64,000 nucleotides of DNA from contig CM022667.1 of NCBI GenBank assembly GCA_012295275.1, positions 4,278,001 to 4,342,000 of the forward strand, in the 5' to 3' direction. The notes below the pieces were generated by a model, which saw only the letters and a list, made by a program, of their open reading frames with translations, did no database searches and was not told the DNA's origin. This DNA is from Chrysomallon squamiferum (taxonomy: Eukaryota > Animalia > Mollusca). Made by a program: the position numbers and the translations under genes. Of this stretch, positions 1 through 12,329 are shown one piece after another (the first letter of the stretch is position 1; each line of letters begins with the position of its first letter).

Positions 1-256
1 TTATTATTATTATTATTATTGTTGTTGTTGTTGTTAAAACAAGAAATTACATCAGCCGTCATGAGCTCTCTAGAACAGAAAAGCTATGTTCTAACAATAC
101 ATATAGGACTTTCCGGAGTATTTGGGTGTTGTTGTTTTTTTAATGTGTTATTATAGAAGAATATATGTCAAATAACCCCTCCCGCCCAAAAAAGTAACAT
201 AACATAGCTCTATATACTGCATATACCTATATAATATCATATGTTACATTTTTCAG

Positions 257-331
257 ATTCTGAATTACGTTTTACTGTGGAGAATGACCGCAAAGCACAT
301 TTACGCAAAACTGACTGAAAGTTTATTCTGA
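257..331 (+). CDS. Second coding exon of an upstream paralog of the type II membrane (TNF-ligand-stalk-like) gene
   Basis: Acceptor tttttcag at 249-256, then ILNYVLLWRMTAKHIYAKLTESLF*. Clear paralog of exon 5946-6044 (ILNYLIMDKMTSQHIYAKLTG). Exon 1 would lie upstream of the window. Confidence 0.7.
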   Translation: MLNYVLLWRMTAKHIYAKLTESLF

Positions 332-405
332 GAAACAGTAAAATCTATAAAAATAAGACGGCTTCTTTGAAACTTTACTTATTATTGTTTTCGGAGAAAT
401 GCAGC

Positions 406-436
<31 letters not shown>

Positions 437-597
437 TTTTTCATTTAATATGATTCCCACACTGAGTGGTCCCGAGTGGTCGCGAGTTCTAACTCGGCGT
501 GACTCAACAGGTGACAATCTTTTATCTCACAGGTAAACCCCCATTCTGCAGGTCAGGAAACACCAAATGAACAGCCATAGCTGCGCAGTTCCAATGA

Positions 598-790
598 CAA
601 AACACAGCCAATGAAAAAGTACAGGAAGTATTACGACTACTGTTATTGGTTATAACATAATTGGCAAAGCGTCACATCTGATCTGAATAACTGCTGGATA
701 CGACGATATCGTGTATAAACATTTCATTAGTGAGACACCGTCTTACAACAAACATCAAACGAACAACCACAGTTTGCAGTTTGAGCATCT
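598..790 (+). promoter_or_regulatory. Core promoter of the 818 gene (CCAAT boxes, Ets site, TATA-like and Inr-like elements)
   Basis: agccaatga, caggaagt, attggt, attggc, gtataaac, then tcattagt, ending about 30 bp before the ATG at 818. The block is repeated nearly intact at 6333-6507. Confidence 0.65.
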
Positions 791-817
791 AAACAAATTT
801 TCTGTGAGAAAAACGAA

Positions 818-1298
818 ATGGATCATAACAACGTAAGTTTGTTACAAAATAAAGAATGGAAACAGCGTGACACAGTTCACAGTGGTTCAGGTGGCAGTAA
901 CACGGGCACTGACGAGCCGCTCATCAAACGAAATAGAGAAGACATTTTAGAAAGTTTTGTAAATCCTGTCCGAAAATATCAGCCAAGAAAAAATTTGTTT
1001 GGAAAATGTGACAAAGAAAAAGAAACAGAAAAAGAGAAAAATAAATTCTGGATAAAGGTCATTCTGCTTTTTGCTGTCATCAACATTTTACTGATCATAG
1101 CTACAGCTCTGCTTTTCATTCCAAAACGTGTGGAGTCAAACCGTTGTACAATGGGACGACGACGTCTGCATTCCGTGCAAAAATGTTTATCTCATCAGCG
1201 ATGACAAAATTGACAACATTTACGACTTCGACGTTCAAGAAGATGGAAATACGTGCTGTCCTGTTCGTGAGAAAAACCTGATCGACATCGTAACAAAG
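818..1298 (+). CDS. Exon 1 of a type II single-pass membrane protein with CxxC...CC ectodomain (TNF-ligand N-terminus-like); one frameshift near 1138
   Basis: ORF 818 gives a polar cytoplasmic tail and a TM segment (FWIKVILLFAVINILLIIATALLFI) after basic residues. The overlapping frame continues TVVQWDDDVCIPCKNVY...GNTCCPVREKNLIDIVTK to a phase-0 donor AAG|gt at 1298/1299. The TNF resemblance is from recalled family architecture, not a search. Confidence 0.6.
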
Positions 1299-1632
1299 GT
1301 TTTTATTATTATTACTATTATTATTATTATTATTATTATTACTAGTAGTAGTAGTAGTAGCAGTACTAGCAGCATCAGCAGCAGTAGTATTGTTATGGTT
1401 GTTGTTGTTAATGGTTTATAAATTGGGTGTTATATGGGTTTACAAATGCTATTGTTAGCAAAGGAAGTTATTTAAGTTTTTACGAGAATTCAGTGATGTA
1501 AAATTAGATTTCTAATTACCTCTGCAGGAAGAGCAACTTATTTTGATAATAAAAAATGTTTCGAGATACGATTTAATTTTCGAATTCTGCTTTTCTATAA
1601 TAATAAAGCACAACAAAATTTTTCATTAATAA

Positions 1633-1663
<31 letters not shown>

Positions 1664-2013
1664 TCTATTTTTACTTGGTGTTTTCAATTTTTGTAATATG
1701 ATAAACATTATTGAAACAAATATAATGATCGAAGTTCATCAAATTATGATATCTCTCTTAATAAGCAAGATAATGGAATCGATTCCTCCACTGAATTAAA
1801 AGATTAACAATATTGATTAATTCTACCTACAAACACAGTATTTTCATATTCTAATTTTCTGTAAAAAGATGTGCAACACACACTTTCTCATTTTATCTTA
1901 AGGGAAAAAAAGGAAAAAGAAGAGAAAAGAAAATAAAAGTTAAATGATTATTCAGTTAAACAGTGTTATACACTAAAATAAAAATTATTAACACTCAAAC
2001 TATCTCTACTAGT

Positions 2014-5000
2014 ACATACTGTTACCACTGCCCCATACTGCTACTGCTGCCACATACTGTTACTGCTGCCCCATACTGCTACTGCTGCCACATACTGTCA
2101 CTGCTGCCACATACTGCTACTGCTGCCCCATACTGTCACTGCTGCCACATACTGCTACTGCTGCCACATACTGTCACTGCTGCCCCATACTGGCACTGCA
2201 TCCCCATACTGGCACTGCATCCCCATACTGCTACTGCTGCCCCATACTGCTACTGCTGCCACATACTGCTACTGCTGCCACATACTGTCACTGCTGTCAC
2301 ATACTGCTACTGCTGCCACATACTGCTACTGCTGCCACATACTGTCACTGCTGCCACATACTATTACTGCTGCCACATACTGTCACTGCTGCCACATACT
2401 GCTACTGCTACTGCTGCCCCATACTGCTACTGCTGCCACATACTCTCACTGCTGCCACATACTATCACTGCTGCCACATACTGTTACTGCTGCCCCATAC
2501 TGTCACTGCTGCCCCATACTGCTACTGCTGCCCCATACTGCTACTGCTGCCACATATTGCTACAGCTGCCACATACTGCTACTGCTGCCACATACTGTTA
2601 CTGCTGCCGCCAAATACTGTTACTGCTGCCCCATACTGCTGCTGCTGCCCCATACTGCTACTGCTGCCCCATACTGCTACTGCTGCCACATACTGTCACT
2701 GCTGCCACATACTGCTACTGCTGCCCCATACTGTCACTGCTGCCACATACTGTCACTGCTGCCACATACTGCTACTGCTGCCCCATACTGCTACTGCTGC
2801 CCCATACTGCTACTGCTGCCCCATACTGCTACTGCTGCCACATACTGTCACTGCTGTCACATACTGCTACTGCTGCCACATACTGCTACTGCTGCCACAT
2901 ACTGTCACTGCTGCCACATACTCTTACTGCTGCCACATACTGTCACTGCTGCCACATACTGCTACTGCTGCCACTGCCACATACTGTCACTGCTTCCATA
3001 TACTGCTACTGCTGCCAAATACTGTTACTGCTGCCCCATACTGCTACTGCTGCCACATACTGCTACTGCTGCCACATACTGTTACCGCTGCCACATACTG
3101 TTACCGCTGCCACATGCTTTTACCACTGCCACATACTGCTACCGCTGCCACATGCTTTTACCACTGCCACATACTGTTACTGCTGCCCCATACTGCTACT
3201 GCTGCCACATACTGTTACTGCTGCCACAGACTGCTACTGCTGCCACATACTGTCACTGCTGCCACATACTGGCACTGCTACTGCTGCCACTGCCACATAC
3301 TGTCACTGCTGCCATATCCTGCTACTGCTGCCCCATACTGCTACTGCTGCCACATAATGTTACTGCTGCCACATAATGTTACTGGTGCCCCATACTGCTA
3401 CTGCTGGCACATACTGTCACTGCTGCCCCATACTGGTACTGCGACTGCTGCCACATACTGGTACTGCGACTGCTGCCACATACTGGTACTGGTACTGCTG
3501 CCACATACTGGTACTGCTACTGCTGCCACTGCCACATACTGTCACTGCTGCCATATACTGTTACTGCTGCCACATACTGTCACTGCTGCCACATACTGGT
3601 ACTGCTACTGCTGCCACATACTGGTACTGCTGCCACATACTGGTACTGCTACCACATACTGGTACTGCTACTGCTGCCACTGCCACATACTGTCACTGCT
3701 TCCATATACTGCTACTGCTGACACATACTGCTACTGCTGCCACATACTGTCACTGCTGCCACATACTGTCACTGCTGCCACTGCCACATACTGTCACTGC
3801 TGCCATATACTGCTACTGCTGCCCCATACTGCTACTGCTGCCACATACTGCTACTGGTGCCACATACTGTCACTGCTGCCCCATACTGCTACTGCTGCCC
3901 CATACTGTCACTGCTGCCCCATACTGCTACTGCTGCCACATACTGCTACTGCTGCCACATACTGCCACTGCTGCCACATACTGTCACTGCTGCCACATAC
4001 TGTCACTGCTGTCACATACTGGTACTGCTACTGCTGCCACATACTGGTACTGCTGCCCCATACTGCTACTGCTGCCCCATACTGCTACTGCTGCCACATA
4101 CTGTCACTGCTGCCACATACTGCTACTGCTGCCACATACTGCTACTGCTGCCACATACTGTCACTGCTGCCACATACTGCTACTGCTGCCACATACTGCT
4201 ACTGCTGCCCCATACTGCTACTGCTGCCACATACTGTCACTGCTGCCACATACTGCTACTGCTGCCCCATACTGCTACTGCTGCCACATACTGTCACTGC
4301 TGCCATATCCTGCTACAGCTGCCCCATACTGCTACTGCTGCCACATAATGTTACTGCTGCCACATACTGTTACTGCTGCCCCATACTGCTACTGCTGGTA
4401 CATACTGTCACTGCTGCCCCATACTGGTACTGCGACTGCTGCCACATACTGGTACTGCGACTGCTGCCACATACTGGTACTGCTACTGCTGTCACATACT
4501 GGTACTGCTACTGCTGCCACATACTGTTACTGCTGTCACATACTGCTACTGCTGCCACATACTGCTACTGCTGCCACATACTGCTACTGCTGCCACATAC
4601 TGTCACTGCTGCCACATACTCCCACTGCTGCCACATACTGCTACTGCTGCCACATACTCTCACTGCTGCCACATACTGTCACTGCTGCCACATACTGTTA
4701 CTGCTACCCCATACTGTCACTGCTGCCACATACTGCTACTGCTGTCACATATTGTCACTGCTGCCACATACTGTCACTGCTGCCACTGCCACATACTGTC
4801 ACTGCTGCCATATACTGCTACTGCTGCCATATACTGCTACTGCTGCCAGATACAGCTACTGCTGCCCCATACTGCTACTGCTGCCACATACTGCTACTGC
4901 TTCCACATACTGTCACTGCTGCTCCATACTGCTACTGCTGCCCCATACTGCTACATACTGCTACTGCTGCCACATACTGTCACTGCTGCCACATACTGTC

Positions 5001-5832
5001 ACTACTGCCACATACTGTCACTACTGCCACATACTGTCACTACTGCCACATTCTGCTACTGCTGCCCCATACTGCTACTGCTGCCATATAATGTTACTGC
5101 TGCCCCATACTGCTACTGCTGCCACATACTGCTACTGCTGCCAGATACAGCTACTGCTGCCCCATACTGCTACTGCTGCCACATACTGCTACTGCTTCTA
5201 GATACTGTCACTGCTGCCCCATACTGCTACTGCTGCCCCATACTGCTACATACTGCTACTGCTGCCACATACTGTCACTGCTGCCAGATACTGTCACTGC
5301 TGCCACATACTGTCACTGCTGCCACATACTGCTACTGCTGCCACATACTGTCACTGCTGCCACATACTGTCACTGCTGCCACATACTGCTACTGCTGCCA
5401 CATACTGTCACTGCTGCCACATACTGTCACTGCTGCCACATACTGTCACTGCTGCCACATACTGCTACTGCTGCCCCATACTGCTACTGCTGCCCCATAC
5501 TGCTACTGCTGCCAAATACTGTCACTGCTGCTACATACTGCTACTGCTGCCACATACTGTCACTGCTGCCACATACTGCTACTGCTGCCACATACTGTTA
5601 CTGCTGCCAAATACTGTCACTGCTGCCACATACTGCTACTGCTGCCACATACTGCTACTGCTGCCAAATACTTTCACTGCTGTCCCATACTGCTACTGCT
5701 GCCACATACTGTTACTGCTGCCACAGACTGCTACTGCTGCCACATACTGTTACTGCTGCCCCATACTGCTACTGCTGCCACATACTGTTACTGCTGCCAC
5801 AGACTGCTACTGCTGCTACATACTGTTACTGT
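2014..5832. repeat. 19-bp minisatellite (consensus CATACTGCTACTGCTGCCA), roughly 200 units, intronic
   Basis: Unit read directly. The translated ORFs repeat every 19 aa (HILLLLPHTATAATYCYCC), i.e. 3 units of 19 bp cycling through all frames. Variants include tgtcact, tgttact and tggtact. Confidence 0.97.
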
Positions 5833-5945
5833 TATTTGACATTTGTGACATACACACACATGCATATACATATATATATTCGTACGCAGTATACATACTC
5901 CGATACACACACACAGACTCACGTATATATGTCGTATTTTTTCAG

Positions 5946-6044
5946 ATTCTGAATTATCTTATAATGGATAAAATGACCTCTCAGCACATCTACGCGAAAC
6001 TGACTGGGCGAGGTCAGATGAAGTCAAAGTTCATTAAAGCTTAA
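5946..6044 (+). CDS. Exon 2 of the 818 gene (ILNYLIMDKMTSQHIYAKLTGRGQMKSKFIKA*)
   Basis: Acceptor tttttcag ending at 5945; phase 0 matches the donor at 1298; paralogous to 257-331. Confidence 0.65.
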   Translation: MLNYLIMDKMTSQHIYAKLTGRGQMKSKFIKA

Positions 6045-6253
6045 AAGGTAATGTGTTATTAAAAATATTGAATATAATACAGATATGTTCATTGTTTTAC
6101 CATATATTAGCTATTTATTTTACATAAGAAATATAATTTACAAGACTGTTTGTTAGTTTGTGTTGGTGTATCTTGGGTGTGTAGGTGTGTATGGAGAGAG
6201 AGTGAGTGAGTGAGTGAGTGTGTGAGTGTGTGTGTGTGTGTGTGTGTGAAACA

Positions 6254-6298
<45 letters not shown>

Positions 6299-6332
6299 TT
6301 GCAGAAGGACAAAATACGCTCCACTGGAATGA

Positions 6333-6507
6333 AAAAACACAGCCAATGAAAACTTACAGGAAGTATTACGACTACTGTGATTGGTTAAAACATAATTGGC
6401 AAAGCGTCACATCTGATCTGATTCACTGGTTGGATACGAATGTTGTGTATAAACATTTCATCAGTGAGACATCGTCTTTAAACAAACATCATACGAACAA
6501 CCAGTTC
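6333..6507 (+). promoter_or_regulatory. Second copy of the promoter at 598-790, cut off by the assembly gap
   Basis: aacacagccaatgaaaa...caggaagtattacgactactg...cataattggcaaagcgtcacatctgatctg...gtataaacatttca is colinear with 601-770. Confidence 0.8.
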
Positions 6508-6707
6508 NNNNNNNNNNNNNNNNNNNNNNNNNNNNNNNNNNNNNNNNNNNNNNNNNNNNNNNNNNNNNNNNNNNNNNNNNNNNNNNNNNNNNNNNNNNNN
6601 NNNNNNNNNNNNNNNNNNNNNNNNNNNNNNNNNNNNNNNNNNNNNNNNNNNNNNNNNNNNNNNNNNNNNNNNNNNNNNNNNNNNNNNNNNNNNNNNNNNN
6701 NNNNNNN
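6508..6707. other. Assembly gap (200 N)
   Basis: Run of exactly 200 N; a round number suggests placeholder size. Confidence 0.99.
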
Positions 6708-6739
6708 AATAGTTGTTCAAATATTTATTTAATTAATAC

Positions 6740-6795
<56 letters not shown>

Positions 6796-7033
6796 GTTTT
6801 ATGTTGTTTGTTTATTTAAATCTTACAAAGAACATTAAGCCAGTTACAGTTAAACGGGTCACAGTTGTGACAACATGGTGGTCATAATAAATTATCTGTA
6901 ATAATAATAAAAATGTAAATTGTTAATCTAAAACTGGGAATAAATAAATAAATAAATAAACATTCAAAATTTTTAAAAAAAAGGAAAGAAAGAAAAATGA
7001 AACAAAACCTTTTTATTAACATCATCAAAATCA

Positions 7034-7091
<58 letters not shown>

Positions 7092-7645
7092 CATTATTGT
7101 TGATGTTTTTGTTTATTCATTGATTCACATACATACTCGTAAGACTGGCAGAAAAATATTTTGTTTACGAGTTCTTAACATAATATAAATCCCATTCTGA
7201 TTTAAAAAACATGACTTTGTTACAGTTTAATGGTCTTACAACGCCTTTTTTTTTTTTTTTTTTTTTTTTTTCAATATTTTTATTTTAATGATAGCTGATA
7301 TATTGTGATCTGAATGACTTGAAGATAATAAAATTCATTACAGCTTGGGAAGATATTTACACTAAATGAACTATATCGATTTCAATATTTGATAATTTAT
7401 TTATTTTTCTGTTGCACAATATATTTTCCATTTATTATTAAATGTCTCCTGAAATAATAAGAAATATATATATATATATATATATACATATAAAATACTG
7501 GCAGGTATAATTAACGTTTTCCAAAAGTTACAGGTCACTACACCGAATAGGAAGATAATTTTGATAAATTATTATTCAGTTTATTGTTATTATTTTAAAA
7601 TTTTAAACTCAGAATTTTATTCTCTGTCCTTGTCAGTATGACTTA

Positions 7646-7700
<55 letters not shown>

Positions 7701-8202
7701 TACAAAATAATAATCATAAGAATAACAATAAATAGTTATTGCCTGCCGGAAAAAGCCGAAGATTTATGATCCAAAACGAATGTTTTAGTCTCGATCTACT
7801 CAGACTATTACGTGTGTAATCAGCAACCCGGAAAACAAACAGCGAAATGTGTGAACTACGTGCATTTCTATGTCGATAAAGTGAAGCCACGAACATTTCC
7901 AGCGAACTTTTAGAACTGTTACGTCAAAGAATTATCGGTTGGTTAACGGAACAAGCTGTCATTAGTGATAACTCTATAACCAAGTATTTGCTGTTGTTTT
8001 TCCTTTTCAATTCCAGCATTAATGTACTGGTTATTACCAGTAGCATATCTACCCTGAATAAAAAAATAAATGCTACAAAAAAGAAGTCTAATGCCTGCAA
8101 AGTTTCTAATGCAAATTCACTGATTTGTTATTAAATTTTTCTTATCGTTGTTGCTGTTGTTTGTTGTTGCCATTGTTATTGTCATTGTTGTTGTTGTTGT
8201 TG

Positions 8203-8252
<50 letters not shown>

Positions 8253-8722
8253 TCAGCTGTAAAACCTAAATAATAAAAATATTCGTCATTTCAGTGGAAT
8301 CACATTGTCATTACTGAGATCACTACAACAAACCAGAGAATAAATATTTTATTTATTTATTTGTTTGTTTGTCTGTTTTATTATTTTGTTTGTTAGTTGT
8401 TGTTGTTATTATTATTATTATTATTATTAATATTATTATTATTATTTAACCATTACGAAACATCAAGATAAATATGTGTCTATATGTTGTCATTTTTATT
8501 TATTTATTCCCCCTCCACCCCATTTTAAAGACAGAAAACAAGTCAGTTTAATGGGTAATTAACTGTGCTCAAATATCGTTTGTATTCTGGCCTAAAACAT
8601 TTTTTTATTTACATCTATTGTAACTATTTCCACCCTTTTTGATATTAATTTTATTTTGCTGTCTATTATTCCATTGGTTATTTTTCTCATTTGTTTTATT
8701 TTATTTCATTTCTAAATACTGC

Positions 8723-8811
<89 letters not shown>

Positions 8812-9800
8812 GTGTAGGAAAATACTTTAAAAGGCAGTTTTTAAATTTTAAAGTTATATTTTCACCGACGTACGTAGGAATTTTTAATCTACGAGCTTCA
8901 GGGAGTTGAGTTCAAGTCTGGCTCGGGATGTGATAAGGCAGAGATTGCACGCGACAGCGGTTACGTTTGTTGAACAGGAGATCGTGGGAAATAATTCTAA
9001 ACTTTGGCCTTGCTTTATTAAACATTTAACACCGGGTAGTTTTACGATACTCTTCTCTACAGAATTTTTTTTTTTTTTTGCTTTTTTTTTTGTTACTGTC
9101 ATTTGTCAGTGTAATCTGTATCATTAACGGCGTAATGTTTAAGATGTATGTATGTTTGTATGTATATTTGTATGTATGTATGTATGCAAATTTGTATACC
9201 CGTGACCGATTCCGTCTTTAATTATTTTAACTCAAATTTCCACAAAACTGTAAACAATTTACAGGCGTTTATATTATTCTATATTATTATAAAATATGTT
9301 CTGTACATAAATAAATAATTCAAACTGCACTCTTGTTGATGTATTTATTTATCTAGTGGATATATATTTCACAGTCACAATTTAGAACTTGCCAGTCTTT
9401 GCCATAGTGTATAAAACACCTAGACTCCGTAACAAGCAGTTTAAGCATTGACACCGTGACATTTACGTATATGTACTGAACAAGTTGATTTTATTATCTG
9501 ATCAGAAACTCTGTTTTCCCAGTTTCTTCTCTCAGTACGAAGATATATTTAACTGAAAATGCATTGAAAAATATTTGATGTCTTGAAAATTAATCTTTAT
9601 CAGCGTCATTAATAGATATACATTTCAAACGTTTTTGACATTTTGACCTTCGCTCACTAACAGACTTTGTAGACAACCACCCAGGCGTACATAGACCACT
9701 GACTGGAAAACGTTCTTTCATTATCTGATAGAATGATTGCGTGCTGGTAGTATTGTTATGTGCCAATAGATGAGTTTTCTTGTTGGAAATTATCCAAAAA

Positions 9801-9860
<60 letters not shown>
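6708..9860 (+). repeat. Segmental duplication copy A (intergenic and upstream region of the vWA locus)
   Basis: Colinear with about 20250-23160: aagaacattaagccagtt...aaacgggtcacagttgtgacaacatg, the 7730-8130 block, and 9460-9860. The first ~500 bp recur a third time at about 27200-27770. Confidence 0.9.
7730..8130. promoter_or_regulatory. CpG-containing conserved block, candidate promoter/enhancer of the vWA locus
   Basis: Two ccggaa Ets cores and ttacgtca (ATF/CREB-like). Nearly identical to 22060-22455 while the flanks diverge. Confidence 0.45.
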
Positions 9861-9864
<4 letters not shown>

Positions 9865-10115
9865 GTATTCAAAAAGGTGTTAATTTATATTTTCTTGTTC
9901 AGTGTAATTTGCTAGCTACGTTTCAGTCCATTTCAGTAGTAATGAAGCTGTTCTATGTAACAACTAGTATAAACAAAATATGTCCTGTTTCAGTTTCAGT
10001 ATGACGCTATGTTCAACTCAGACTGAATAATAAAGACGTAGCCACTGACAACTAGTAAACATAATATTAAATTTTTCATTGTGCGCATTACACAAGAAGA
10101 CAGTATTCGGACATC

Positions 10116-10125
10116 ATGGAGAACT
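10116..10125 (+). CDS. Probable start exon of vWA gene A (ATG GAG AAC T)
   Basis: acatcATGG start context, strong donor gtgagt at 10126, phase 1. Joins 12030 in frame: MENYSIRADKLDLAIVMDCTGSM. Confidence 0.6.
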
Positions 10126-10586
10126 GTGAGTTTTATATATTTCTTTGTTGTTCTTGTGTTTGTGTCAATTTGTTAATTTGAAGAAAAAAAACAGAAGAAT
10201 AATAATCCCTTAACACAACTAACGAAATAAAACGAAATAAGAACAAAGAAAAAGTATAAAAATAGAAACAAGACGGTTGAAGTTTACGGTCAGTAATTGG
10301 CTAGTAATAATAAGAAAAAGAAATTGTCTATACAACGACATCGTTTTACAATTAGCATTTATGTCTTAAAGCAGACAGCTACAGCTTTTATTTACTTATT
10401 TATTTATTTATTGTTTCCATATTTTCAAAACTGTTTGTATCGTATTTGGATATATATATATTATTATTTTGTCATGGTGGTGTCTTATCATGCGACTTAC
10501 TTTATAAGTTTGAGTTTCTTGTTGTTAATCAGCTGTACTTTAAAACACATCGCTTCATGTTGGCAGCCATTTTGTTTCAGAGCATA

Positions 10587-10628
<42 letters not shown>

Positions 10629-11324
10629 GAAAGTTCAGTTTTAGGATAATGAAACTGTCTAATACCAAGAATATTTTTTTTTTGATATTTTTTAATCATC
10701 AGTCGGTTTCATGATTTATAAATTTGAATCACTGACCTACAGTTAAATGTTAAATAGTTATTACCAGTTCTTAATTAACAATCAGGAATATTTTACATGA
10801 AAATAATACTAGCACCGTAGTATTAGTTCATTGTTTTATTTCAGATGATGCGCGTGCGTGTCTGTAGGGGGAGGGGTGGTAACCGGAAAAAAAAAACAAA
10901 AACTAGTGAACAGAATTTCACATAAAAAAACTCCATTCCACTCGTATCACGTGATATGTTTTCCTCAAGAATGAAGAGTTCTCAAGGAAAAGATAAAACA
11001 AGTTTAGACATGTTGCTCGTTTGCTCAGTAAAGACATTTACTCTTAGTACACAAATTATTGTCATTAAGTTGATTACTATGATTAACGCCGATCTTGACT
11101 GTAATTATTGAAAATAAATACTATTTTAATCAACTACATTTTATGGAAAATACCGTGACTAAGATAAGAATTTTGTTTCTCTTTAAACAGTCAATTATAA
11201 TAAAACAGAAATACAAGCCTCTGTGGACGAGGCTTTCTGCTACATGTAAAGCAATTAATAGAATCTGACACGTGTATTTAACACTTTGTTACAATGATCA
11301 AGATTTTGCTTAATGATGTGACAG

Positions 11325-11397
11325 ATAAACGCCTGACATACTGTAACTGGCTATGATGTTTTTGCTTCCAAAAGGGCATTTGTTGATGAAAATACAG
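11325..11397 (+). pseudogene. Decayed copy of the MIDAS micro-exon cassette
   Basis: Same flanks as the other cassettes (acactttgttacaatgatcaag upstream; aaatatattttacatt...ccaaatcaaaaataa downstream). The 3' end reads ...RAFVDENT(G). It has a stop in the phase-1 frame, and the donor reads ag|ttaaat instead of ag|gtaaat. Confidence 0.55.
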
Positions 11398-12029
11398 TTA
11401 AATATATTTTACATTATGTTTTAGACCAAATCAAAAATAATTTTTATTTAAAATAATTTGTAATCTCATTTACAGACATATCAAATGAGGGGTATGATTT
11501 ATCTAGTATGATAACTGAGTTTTATCTATTAAATATGCAGGTGTTGGCATTATGAATCAGTATATAAATGTAGTTTTGTTTTAATTTTTATGCAAATAAA
11601 ATATTTACACTAAAATATATTTATATTCATTTTTATTGTACAGTTCATATGCATGCAGACATGCACACATGTACAGAAATAGTGATATTGCATTGATTAA
11701 TGTTTTACATTTGATGATTTTTTTATTTGAAAGAATATTGTCTCAGAATGTTATTCCAAGGAACATTAATAAAAAAAAAAAAAAATAAATAAAATAAAAT
11801 TTTAAAAAAAAAAAAAAAAAAAATTGTTTTATGAAAAAATTTTCTTATGAAAGGTCTTACAAAAAGGAAACGAAACAATCAACAAACAAAAAACTGTCCT
11901 ATGAGCCAGTATTCTTATGAAAGTTTTCACATCAAAGATATGTAATAAATATATTGATATGTGTATCTAACACTTTGTTGTAAAGAATCAAATGATGAAA
12001 ACTGAGTCTTTTACTGATTAATTTGTCAG

Positions 12030-12080
12030 ATTCCATCAGGGCGGATAAACTCGACTTGGCGATTGTCATGGACTGCACAG
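12030..12080 (+). CDS. MIDAS micro-exon of vWA domain 1 (SIRADKLDLAIVMDCT)
   Basis: cag| acceptor and |gtaaat donor; 51 nt, phase 1-1; encodes vWA strand 1 and the Asp of the DxxxS MIDAS motif. Confidence 0.9.
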
Positions 12081-12240
12081 GTAAATATATTTTTCATTTT
12101 GTTTTTAACTGAATCAAAACTAATTTTCAATTTAAAAGAATTTAATTTGATTTACAGACATATCTAATGTATGGTACGGTATTATTATTAAATATTATTA
12201 AAATTATCATCATCATCACCATTATTAAATAGTATTAAGA

Positions 12241-12324
<84 letters not shown>

Positions 12325-12329
12325 TCTAG

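Noticed and set aside
106-115. NF-kB-like site aggactttcc
   Set aside because: Single imperfect match, not seen at the paralogous position.
460-530. tRNA gene or SINE suggested by B-box-like motifs (also near 8908, 53025 and 62103)
   Set aside because: No cloverleaf or clear A-box could be built; at most old SINE relics.
1963-5201. Long Cys/His-rich ORFs (464, 695 and 571 aa) resembling metallothionein or keratin-associated proteins
   Set aside because: They are translations of a 19-bp satellite; all three frames give the same peptide cycle, and the array lies in an inferred intron.
2014-5832. CRISPR-like array
   Set aside because: Contiguous units with no unique spacers, in a eukaryotic context with no cas genes.
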